From assembly GCA_041736305.1 (NCBI GenBank), contig JBGSTX010000211.1, positions 1 through 26,988 of the forward strand: a stretch of DNA of 26,988 nt, in the 5' to 3' direction. The position numbers and the translations under genes were made by a program. The DNA is from Oligoflexus sp. GTDB lineage: Bacteria > Bdellovibrionota_B > Oligoflexia > Oligoflexales > Oligoflexaceae. Below, piece after piece: positions 1 through 7,727 of the stretch (position 1 is its first letter; every line of letters starts with the position of its first letter). The notes under the pieces are model-generated. The model saw only the letters and a list, made by a program, of their open reading frames with translations. It did not search any database and was not told where the DNA came from.

Positions 1-53
1 CTTTTAAGAACTGCAATATCATTCAAGCATTTGATGGGTATATGTATGCTTAA
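1..53 (+). CDS. iscB: C-terminal tip of a probable RNA-guided endonuclease IscB (gene begins before the window)
   Basis: Frame from nt 3 reads FKNCNIIQAFDGYMYA*, with TAA at 51-53. This resembles the IscB/RRXRR-HNH C-terminus pattern (K.C..IQ..DGY.Y) as I recall it. An IS200/IS605-type end hairpin follows directly. Only 16 codons are visible. Confidence 0.7.
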   Translation, partial: FKNCNIIQAFDGYMYA

Positions 54-134
54 GATTATCTCCGATCTGGGAGCAAGATGGCTCCCTATTCCTCCACGCC
101 CTAAAGGACGTGGTTTCCAAGGGAGCAAGAACTG
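54..134 (+). mobile_element. IS200/IS605-family element end downstream of iscB (subterminal hairpin), followed by candidate TAM ATGAA at 135-139
   Basis: ATTCCTCCACGCCCTAAAGGACGTGGTTTCC at 88-118 has the TTCCTCC..CCCTAAAGG..GGTTTCC form typical of these ends. It is enclosed by the stem GCTCCCT(81-87)/AGGGAGC(120-126). GGGAGCAAGA occurs twice (69-78, 121-130). Confidence 0.7.
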
Positions 135-419
135 ATGAAAAAATTTTGCTTCGTAGAGCAAAAATATACTTTTGTTTCGAATTTTGAAACTGACCTACAG
201 TCTGTATTTAAATTTACCAAAAGCATTTTGAAACGGATCTTTTTGCACATCGCACGCACTGCCTTTTAATATACGCGTACAGGATCTGTGAAGGGTGTTG
301 TAAGTCTATCATTTATGAGTGAATGACAACGCCGATCGCGAAGTCCTTGGTGTGGGTAGTCTTCCGCTTTGCGAGCATCACCCTTGCGGGCTATCTGAGC
401 AAAAGCCATCCTAGAAGGC

Positions 420-2108
420 TTAATGAAGTTCGAGATTGCGGACTTCAGTCTGGGGAGGTAAGCCCGCGAAGGGATTCACCCGGTAGGTGACTTTTTCAGA
501 AATCGTTTCAATTAGGTTTTGCATGTTAACGGGTTTAGTTAGGTAACCGTCACATCCCGCTGCACCACAGCGTTCCAATTCTCCATGCATAGCGTGGGCT
601 GTCAGCGCAACGATGGAGCGGGAGTAGCCACCTTTTCGAAGTGCGACAGTTGCTTGATAGCCGTCGAGCTTCGGCATTTGAATATCCATGAGAATAACGT
701 CATAGTCCAGCGCTAGACCCATTCTTACGGCTTCCTCGCCATCAGAGGCCGCATCCACCTTAGCGCCCACTCTCGTAAGATAACGACTAATCAGCAACTG
801 ATTGTCGGGCGCATCGTCAGCAAGAAGTATGTGCAATCCATCCAGTCGCAAGGGTTTTGTCAGTGTCTGAATGTGGTATCTGGGCTCGCCTCGAGCAAGC
901 ACAATACCCGCACCAATCGTAATTTCAAACGTACTCCCCAGTCCTGGAACGCTACTTACCAATTGAATATTGCCGCCCAGCATGCGTGCCAGGCGTCGCG
1001 ACAAATCAAGTCCCAGACCGGTCCCCCCAAAATTACGAGTGTTGGAAGCATCGACTTGAGTAAAAGGCTGAAACAGCATCGCGCCTTCTTCTGGCGTCAT
1101 TCCCTTTCCGCTGTCTTCGACTAGGACACGGAATTTTTGCTCAGCTTGATCCATAATAAGTGTGACATTGACAGCACCCTTGGAGGTGAACTTTATGGCA
1201 TTGCCGATGATATTGTTCAGAATCTGGGTCAGTCGTACGGGGTCTGTTACAATAGTTTCCGGTAAAGGTTTTGCAGACCTAATGGAAAACTCAATATTTT
1301 TATTGTTGGCCACAGTGCGCATGTTGCTCACAACATCGGCAATAAGCTCGGGTAGATTAGTGTCTGATTGTCGGACTTCGAACTTTCCGGCTTCGATTTT
1401 GGAGAGATCGAGTATGTCGTCAATGAGTCGAGTTAAGATGCCACCATTTCGTTTGATGAGGCCCTGATATTCAAGGCGCGAATGGGCCGATTGATCAGAC
1501 AGGCACATTAATTCCGAGCATCCCATAATCGCATTAAGTGGTGTTCTGATTTCGTGGCTCATCGAAGCTAGGAAAAGGGTTTTCGCTTGAATGGCAGTTT
1601 CTAGCTGGACATTGAGGTTCTGCGCAATCTCGGTGAGGCGATGTTGCGCCATCGACGAAACGAGGAGCGATTGATTCATTTCTGTGACTTGATTTTGAAA
1701 ATTTACATTTTCCGTAACGTCCGTGATCTGAACCATAAATTCATGTGGCTTCGTACCACTCAAGCCCAGAGCCCAGGCCGAAAAATTCAAATATTTCGGA
1801 GGGGAACTGTCCAGTTCGTGTTTTTGCTCCAGCAAGGTCCCGGCTTTGTTCGTACCATAAATCTCATTTAGGAACGACTGAAGTATGCGGCTTTTCGGAA
1901 GGCCTACGGCATCTGAAAAGGAAAGTCCGACTAACTCTTGGGTCGACTTCAAGACGAGCTTGGAAAAGCTCCCATTTGCATAAATGACTTTTTGCGTCGC
2001 TCCATCAATGGCTGCGAAAGGAAGGGGTGAATTTGCGGAAAGATATTCCCGCATAGAAGTCAAACTGTACTTTTCATCCGCTGAGTAAGAGTCAAAATCA
2101 GAGATCAT
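420..2108 (-). CDS. Hybrid sensor histidine kinase (PAS-like, coiled linker, HisKA, HATPase_c, receiver), cytoplasmic
   Basis: H-box FLASMSHEIRTPLN, N-box NIIGNAIKFT, G1 VEDSGKGM, F-box LFQPFTQ, G2 GGTGLGL. Receiver motifs ILLADD, ILMDIQMPKLDG and LTKP. No transmembrane segment is evident. Confidence 0.95.
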   Translation of the reverse strand: MISDFDSYSADEKYSLTSMREYLSANSPLPFAAIDGATQKVIYANGSFSKLVLKSTQELVGLSFSDAVGLPKSRILQSFLNEIYGTNKAGTLLEQKHELDSSPPKYLNFSAWALGLSGTKPHEFMVQITDVTENVNFQNQVTEMNQSLLVSSMAQHRLTEIAQNLNVQLETAIQAKTLFLASMSHEIRTPLNAIMGCSELMCLSDQSAHSRLEYQGLIKRNGGILTRLIDDILDLSKIEAGKFEVRQSDTNLPELIADVVSNMRTVANNKNIEFSIRSAKPLPETIVTDPVRLTQILNNIIGNAIKFTSKGAVNVTLIMDQAEQKFRVLVEDSGKGMTPEEGAMLFQPFTQVDASNTRNFGGTGLGLDLSRRLARMLGGNIQLVSSVPGLGSTFEITIGAGIVLARGEPRYHIQTLTKPLRLDGLHILLADDAPDNQLLISRYLTRVGAKVDAASDGEEAVRMGLALDYDVILMDIQMPKLDGYQATVALRKGGYSRSIVALTAHAMHGELERCGAAGCDGYLTKPVNMQNLIETISEKVTYRVNPFAGLPPQTEVRNLELH

Positions 2109-2129
2109 AACTCACCCTACTCTGTTTTT

Positions 2130-3617
2130 TCAATTATCTAAGTCTTTCAGTTCGGAATCAGTCGCTGGGATCCCTGAGGTTAGACCGCTAAAACCTTTAA
2201 GTCGCTTGCCAACTTCGATACCTTTTTCCGTTATCTCATATTCGCGGAGCTCGGTGCTGTGCCGACTTGCTCGCATTTTGATAACGGTCATTAGCTTGCG
2301 CATTTCTCCATTGATCGAAACATAGCGAAAGCGAATAAGGTCGTCGGCCAAAAACGAGATGGCATAGGAGGTCAAAGAAAATTCCTTGAAATTTTCCTGC
2401 ACTTCGACTGTACTCACAATGGTTACCCCCAATCGTGTCAGCGCCGCTATCATGCGATAAAGTGATTCGCGAAAATCTCGCCGAAATCCCGGAGCAAGTG
2501 CCATTTCAAGGCCGGCTAAGGAATCGATAACGAGACGTTTCGCCCCGATACTTTTCACGGCATGAATGATTTCATGAACCGTTTCATCGACGGAAAGATC
2601 CAAGGGTCGAAGGTATAGAATTCTGATAAGTCCTTTTTCGACCGGACCCGCAAAATCCATTCCGAGACTTTCCGCACGCTTGATGTAGGACTTAGGCCGT
2701 TCCTCAAAGATAGCGGCAACGGCTGGCTCACCTAATCGCAAACCTTCGGCAATAAAGTTTGATCCAAAAAGGGATTTGCCCGAGCCCGATGGCCCCGCGA
2801 TGATTACGCTATCACCCGTCGGTATACCGCCGCCAAGCATCGCATCCAATTCAGCAATACCCGTTCGGAGGCGCTCGCTGCCAAAATTCACTTCATTTTC
2901 TATATTTAACCCATAGGTGCGAGGGAAGGTCTCGAGCCCCGCATCGGTGATGCGAAAAGTATGGAGTCCAGGAACTGAGGCCTGTCCACGTAACTTAACA
3001 ATCTGCAATTTGCGAATAATCGAATTTCGCTCTACCTTTTGTGACAGCCAGAAAAGTCCATCGGCGACAGTAAATATCGGATTGTCGCGCACTTCCTTTT
3101 CACTGTATTGGCCAATGAGGAACGTCGTTGCTTCCCAGGTCGTAAGCTGGTGGGCCAATTGCTGTATAAATCCTTGCATTTCCATTTCGCTTGTCGGTAT
3201 TTGACTTTTGCGGGACATGGCGCGGAAGGAATCGACCACAACGATGCCGGGATTGAGAGCTTCGACCTCCTTGACGATCTCCTCCAAAGCTCCATTTAAG
3301 TCTTTGCCAAGGATAACCTGGCTCAAATTGATGAAGTGAATCGAATTAGTGATTTTATCGACGTCAAAAAAACTATACTGCTGTTGGTAGAGCAGCATTT
3401 TAACGGCTGGTTCGCCCATTACCGTGAAGAAGATGGCAGGTCTTTCAGGCGTGGCATTGGCAAACATAATTTGATGTGCAAGAGTTGTTTTCCCGCCACC
3501 GGGTGTGCCAGCAATGATATTGAATGAGAATTCTGGCAGTCCTCCCCCCAGAATTTCATCAAGCCCGGCCACGCCGGTGGGCAGTTTCCGTATCATTACC
3601 TTTTTATGATCGTTCAT
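2130..3617 (-). CDS. KaiC-like double RecA-domain ATPase
   Basis: Two domains with TGVAGLDEILGGG and TGIAELDAMLGGG. Walker A GTPGGGKT and GPSGSGKS, Walker B VVVDS and LVIDS, Arg fingers KLRG and KMRA. Confidence 0.93.
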   Translation of the reverse strand: MNDHKKVMIRKLPTGVAGLDEILGGGLPEFSFNIIAGTPGGGKTTLAHQIMFANATPERPAIFFTVMGEPAVKMLLYQQQYSFFDVDKITNSIHFINLSQVILGKDLNGALEEIVKEVEALNPGIVVVDSFRAMSRKSQIPTSEMEMQGFIQQLAHQLTTWEATTFLIGQYSEKEVRDNPIFTVADGLFWLSQKVERNSIIRKLQIVKLRGQASVPGLHTFRITDAGLETFPRTYGLNIENEVNFGSERLRTGIAELDAMLGGGIPTGDSVIIAGPSGSGKSLFGSNFIAEGLRLGEPAVAAIFEERPKSYIKRAESLGMDFAGPVEKGLIRILYLRPLDLSVDETVHEIIHAVKSIGAKRLVIDSLAGLEMALAPGFRRDFRESLYRMIAALTRLGVTIVSTVEVQENFKEFSLTSYAISFLADDLIRFRYVSINGEMRKLMTVIKMRASRHSTELREYEITEKGIEVGKRLKGFSGLTSGIPATDSELKDLDN

Positions 3618-4051
3618 CCTATATCCCTACTCGGCACGTTAGCTTTTTCAAAGGGTACGTTTGGCCATACATCGCGCAGTAAATTTACGGTTAGTGTTTC
3701 GCCAATGAATGTCACCAGCAAACCTAGGAACTGGGTTAGAAGAATATCTCCTGCGCTTTCTTCAAGTAATAAATGGCTATTTGCAGCGTGCGCGACGTTG
3801 AGTTCGAGGGCTCCATCACTTCGTATCTGTATCATTTCAAGCGACTTTGCCTTCGTTTTGCCCATCATCAAGGACCGCCTGAGGAGGGAATTATAGCCGC
3901 TAATGCCAGCAAGCTTTGAAAGAATCTTTTGCAGTTTTCCGAATATTGTAATCACATCGGCAAAAGGTTGCGAACCCACGCTCCCGTTGGCGCTTTCGTA
4001 TGCTATTAATTGCTGTCCAATATTTTTGATGACGACTGAAGTTAAGCTCAT
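3614..4051 (-). CDS. Small hypothetical protein (145 aa) translationally coupled to the KaiC-like gene
   Basis: Start moved to the ATG at 4051, which has a GGGAG SD upstream. The stop overlaps the kaiC-like start (ATGA at 3614-3617). Helical C-terminal motif LLVTFIGETLTVNLLRDVWP. Confidence 0.8.
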   Translation of the reverse strand: MSLTSVVIKNIGQQLIAYESANGSVGSQPFADVITIFGKLQKILSKLAGISGYNSLLRRSLMMGKTKAKSLEMIQIRSDGALELNVAHAANSHLLLEESAGDILLTQFLGLLVTFIGETLTVNLLRDVWPNVPFEKANVPSRDIG

Positions 4052-4698
4052 CGATCGCAGCACTCCCGGTCCCGAACTTTTGTACTCGCCGATATCAAAT
4101 CTGAACTGGCAAACTATTAAATTATGCCCCTTCCCACTTTTGCAACTAAGGAAGGGCATGATGCAACCGGCGCGTCAGCAATAATGCATCATTATCACGA
4201 GAAGGATTTAAATACACCTCTGTATTAGATAAACTAATGATCAAACAGAATAGTCCGGAAATTCATGAATTATCCGAGCGAATAAAACTGTGCCAAGTTA
4301 TTTAGATGCTGACTTTTCGAATATTACCCAGCTGCGTTATTCGTGACTCGGCGGGAGAATCCATCATTTAGTGATTACTCCAACGTTTGATCTGACAGTT
4401 ACCCCGTTTGACATCCCAGAAACCTGACTGTCATTTTAAGTTTAGTTCAGCATCTTTTCGCTCACGATTTTGATTCCATCAAGGAACGTTGCAAGTGGAA
4501 TCCTGCCAAGACACATTTTGCCTTGATGAGTCCGCATGGTAATGAGATGATCCCGCAGGCTTCCTAAGATAGGATTTCGTCAACTACCCGCCTGTAAGGT
4601 ACTTTCGCCACGAATAGAATTTCAGTGCACTCAAGCGAAAAGAAAAGGCCAGTTTAACTAAAGGCTGTCTCAATAATATCTTAAAAGTATAAGCAGAC

Positions 4699-5280
4699 AT
4701 GCTAGGGCAACAAGAGCTCGGCATCGAAAGTCTGGCAAACTATGGCAGCCCGCTCGACCAGCACCCCGTGGACGCCGGTCGTCTCCGTCAGGTGATTGAA
4801 AAAGTTACGCGGAACGCCGGCTGGAGCCAGCGTAAGAACCTTAAAGGGCGGGCCCTTGGTCTGGCGGCGCATCGCAGTTTTCTCAGCTACGTCGGAGTCG
4901 TGGCCAGCGTGACGAAAGGCAGCACCGGCTTTCTGGTGGATGAGGTTTGGATCGTGCTAGACGCGGGTCGAGTGATCAATCCGGATAGATGCCGCGCGCA
5001 GATGGAAGGTTCCATTATTAATGGCATGAATCACGTGCTTTATGGTGGCATTACTCATCAAAAGGGGGCCGTCGAGCAGTCCAACTTTGATGGTATTCGC
5101 CTCGTGCGTATGGGCGAGCATCCTCGCCGCATCCATGTGGAGATCCTCAGCTCAACTCTGGCACCAGGCGGAGTCGGCGAACCCGGAGTGCCTCCGGTCG
5201 GTCCTGCGATTGCCAACGCTTTCTTCGCACTCACGGGCAAGCGCGTCCGCGAGTTTCCCATCTTGCCTCATCTCGCCTAG
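4699..5280 (+). pseudogene. C-terminal fragment (~190 aa of ~730) of a xanthine dehydrogenase/IorB-family molybdopterin-binding subunit
   Basis: RALGLAAHRSFLSYV, DAGRVINPD..RAQMEGS and GGVGEPGVPPVGPAIANA align with the last quarter of the full-length paralog at 21709-23862. There is no homologous 5' part and no clear SD. Confidence 0.85.
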
Positions 5281-5306
5281 AAAGAGCCCAGGTGATTCTC
5301 GACGAT

Positions 5307-5334
5307 AGAGCCGCATCTGCGGCTCTTCTCTTCC
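5307..5334 (+). terminator. Probable intrinsic terminator after the iorB-like fragment
   Basis: Hairpin AGAGCCGC-ATCT-GCGGCTCT (5307-5326) followed by a pyrimidine tract. Confidence 0.5.
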
Positions 5335-5536
5335 TCAACAAGAATAATCGATCAATTCAAGGTTTTCAAAAAATGTTCGAGGCGCTTGAAGCGCAAGTCA
5401 GATGAATTTCAATTCTTACATGATCTTACCAGTCAGAGAAAATTAATAAAAATATCACAGCAAGTTTCGCAGCTCTTTTTGAAGGTGGTGCTAGCTTCGC
5501 TCGCAGGTATCACACTTCTCTCGAAAGGAGAAAACT

Positions 5537-6082
5537 ATGAAGACACATGGATTGTGCCATCTTGTTGGTCTGCTTTGCTTGTCGACCGTATCCTCTGCCA
5601 AAGCCGCAAGTGAGATGAAAACTCCTGGAATCGTCGAGGCCCCAGTACAAGGCTCGACAATGTCGCTGACCCTTGAACAATTACCTACTTTAGTTCGTCA
5701 TGCGGCAGAGCTAGCGTTTAGAGGCTATAGCGAAGGCTATACCATCACACGTGCACAGGTTGATATGGACGATATCGAAGCAGTATACGAAGTCCAAGCT
5801 AAGAGCAGTGACGGACGTTTCCTAGAAGCTGACGTCTCATCAGATGGCAAGATCATGGAGCTCGAAGTCGAGATTACTCGCGAAGAAGTTCCCGCTGAAG
5901 TCGCTAAAGCCCTTAGCACCTTTGCACCTGGATTTGCTCTGTCTACTGAAGGTCCCGCCTATGAAAAAAGCTTTCGGCCCAGCGCCAATGGCCTTCTAGA
6001 GATCTGGTACGAGTTCAGCGGCACCAACTTCGATGTTGAGATCAATAGCAATGGTACATCCGTTTTGATAGAGCCAGCATAA
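5537..6082 (+). CDS. Secreted protein, PepSY-like/BLIP-like repeat fold
   Basis: AAGGAG SD and a signal peptide. The repeated motif L(EQ)LP..V / EEVPAEV and the strands YEVQ...EADVSSDGKI are typical of PepSY-like domains. Confidence 0.65.
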   Translation: MKTHGLCHLVGLLCLSTVSSAKAASEMKTPGIVEAPVQGSTMSLTLEQLPTLVRHAAELAFRGYSEGYTITRAQVDMDDIEAVYEVQAKSSDGRFLEADVSSDGKIMELEVEITREEVPAEVAKALSTFAPGFALSTEGPAYEKSFRPSANGLLEIWYEFSGTNFDVEINSNGTSVLIEPA

Positions 6083-6152
6083 ATTGCAAAACTCTATTTT
6101 TTGAAATAAAGCGACATGAAGGCATGAGTTGAGTATCTCTTCCAGACAAAGG

Positions 6153-6186
6153 ACTTCTTGGAAGAAAGACGATTCTTCCAAGAAGT
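6153..6186. repeat. Perfect 14-bp inverted repeat with 6-nt loop
   Basis: ACTTCTTGGAAGAA-AGACGA-TTCTTCCAAGAAGT, about 70 nt after the stop at 6082. There is no good U-tract. Confidence 0.85.
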
Positions 6187-6529
6187 GAATTTGACATGTG
6201 AATATGAAGCTATGAAAAAAGAAAGTTTCGTCGGTTCCCGTCTTTTGCTTCGGATGACGAACTCCTCAAATCGAAGCTACTGCTTCAGTGGCTGCCATAA
6301 GACGTGAGATATAAAGCCACCGGCTGCTTTTGGAGGCTAGCGTTAAAGGCATGCTGATGGCGGGCTCCTTAGAAATACACCAGAAAAACCTCCAAAGGTA
6401 CGCTCAATCCAAGAATCATGGGTGAAGCTTGGTTCTTGCAAAAAGAAAGTGATTCTCTCAAAATCACATGGGTCGTGCCATATTGCTGCGACATTCTGAT
6501 CTCAATGCATTGGTACAAGTGGAGTCCAA

Positions 6530-7126
6530 TTGGAAGCGTTTTCACCAGCAGCTCAACGTAACAAAGAACCCATTTTCCAGGTTCTAAGTCCTTTCTTACC
6601 GGCAGACGCTAGAGTCTTGGAGATCGCCAGTGGAACTGGCCAGCATGCGCATCACTTCTGCTTAAATAGGCCGGATATTAGCTGGCAGCCGAGCGATCCT
6701 GATCCAACGAGTATTGACAGCATCGAAAGCTATCGTGCTGCCTCACGAGGAACTGGGCTTAAGGAGCCAGCTCGCTGGTCGGTTCTTGACCCACTACCGG
6801 CTATCCTCGATAGCCGCTACGACGTCGTCGTGAATATAAACATGATTCACATCTCGCCTTGGGAGGCCTGCCTGGCCCTTCTAGAGCACTGCAAAATATG
6901 GCTGGCCACAGGTGGTATTTTGTATCTTTACGGTCCTTATTTTATAAGTGGCCACCCGACTGCGCCTTCAAATTTTGATTTTCATCGCTCCTTGCAAGCT
7001 CGTGATCCAGCTTGGGGGCTACGGGAGCTTGATTTGGTGAAGGCTGAAGCGGAGGCTAGGGGTTTGCGCTGGATCAAGACCTTGGACATGCCGGCCAACA
7101 ATTTTTCTGTGCTTTTCTCACGCTAA
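6530..7126 (+). CDS. DUF938-family SAM-dependent methyltransferase (METTL26-like)
   Basis: SPAAQRNKEPI, VLEIASGTGQH, WQPSD, NMIHISPW, YGPY, SNFDF..SL and MPANN motifs. TTG start with a GGAG SD. Confidence 0.93.
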   Translation: MEAFSPAAQRNKEPIFQVLSPFLPADARVLEIASGTGQHAHHFCLNRPDISWQPSDPDPTSIDSIESYRAASRGTGLKEPARWSVLDPLPAILDSRYDVVVNINMIHISPWEACLALLEHCKIWLATGGILYLYGPYFISGHPTAPSNFDFHRSLQARDPAWGLRELDLVKAEAEARGLRWIKTLDMPANNFSVLFSR

Positions 7127-7236
7127 AATCTGTGTAGCACTACTCAATATGCGCCTATATATGCTTATTTGGCGTGTTTCTTTTAAAAATTTAATCCTTT
7201 CCTTTCATTACCTTACATTTATGTCATCTGCATAAC

Positions 7237-7288
7237 TGTTTTTATCTACAAAAACATATGTGCACATATGTTTCTGTAGATAAAAACA
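7237..7288. repeat. 52-bp loopless palindrome with one mismatch
   Basis: TGTTTTTATCTACAAAAACATATGTG|CACATATGTTTCTGTAGATAAAAACA, centre between 7262 and 7263. Confidence 0.95.
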
Positions 7289-7343
7289 CATATCCACATA
7301 CAATTTTGCCACAATCTTTTGCTCCCACAAATAACCTTCTATA

Positions 7344-7727
7344 ATGATTACAGAATCATCCCAAATAGAAAGAGCCAATCGGTAAATAATCAGTGAAGCT
7401 CGCAGCCTGCCATTTAAACTCTATTTTTACTCGTCTCTCAAGCACGGCACTCTTTATGCCTTATTTTGAAAGGCCAGAGAGGGATTGGAAAATCCACCGC
7501 GATTTACCAGTACCTGGCCGAGCGGATAGACGAAGGTCAAAAACGTTCTATTTGCCAGCTGATGCTGCAACAATCCGAGATATATCAATCATCGATATAG
7601 TCGAACACCTAACGACCTCAGAACCCAAGTACTGGCCATAGACGAAATAAAAAAGCGCAAGAATTTTGCGGAAGAATTAAAATCAATTCGTGATCTAGTC
7701 TCCCAAAACCAGGATGAGGACCACTGC
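7344..7727 (+). pseudogene. Degraded N-terminal remnant of an AAA_14 (DUF4143-associated) ATPase
   Basis: Stitched across frames: MITESSQIERANR*IISEARSLPFKLYFY (stop at 7383), LILKGQRGIGKSTAIYQYL (Walker A at 7472-7498), TFYLPAD..IIDIVEH, then VLAIDEIKKRKNFAEELKSIRD (Walker B at 7629-7649). One stop and about three frameshifts, truncated at the kinase fragment. Confidence 0.8.

Noticed and set aside
135-419. Short ORFs (MKKFCFVEQK.. from 135, MTTPIAKSLVWVV.. near 323) and small GCAA-loop hairpins on the minus strand
   Set aside because: No recognisable motifs or riboswitch consensus. The first ATG coincides with the candidate TAM.
4052-4159. N-terminal extension of the 181-aa ORF, and similar extensions of rluA, iorA, iorB, the antiporter and the START gene
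   Set aside because: Downstream starts have better SD sequences and match the expected domain or signal-peptide boundaries.
4393-4433. TGACAGT/ACTGTCA inverted repeat
   Set aside because: Seven bp with a 27-nt spacer is within chance expectation.
135-4599. KaiC cassette as cargo of a composite IscB transposon
   Set aside because: The two end motifs face outward, so the cassette lies between two elements rather than inside one. The second motif is weak.
6464-6480. Minus-strand TGGCACG sigma54-like box (also TGGCACA near 4295)
   Set aside because: The -12 TTGC element is absent in both, and no gene is suitably placed for the 6480 copy.
7393-7641. 82-aa ORF as an independent gene
   Set aside because: Explained as a frame fragment of the AAA_14 pseudogene.
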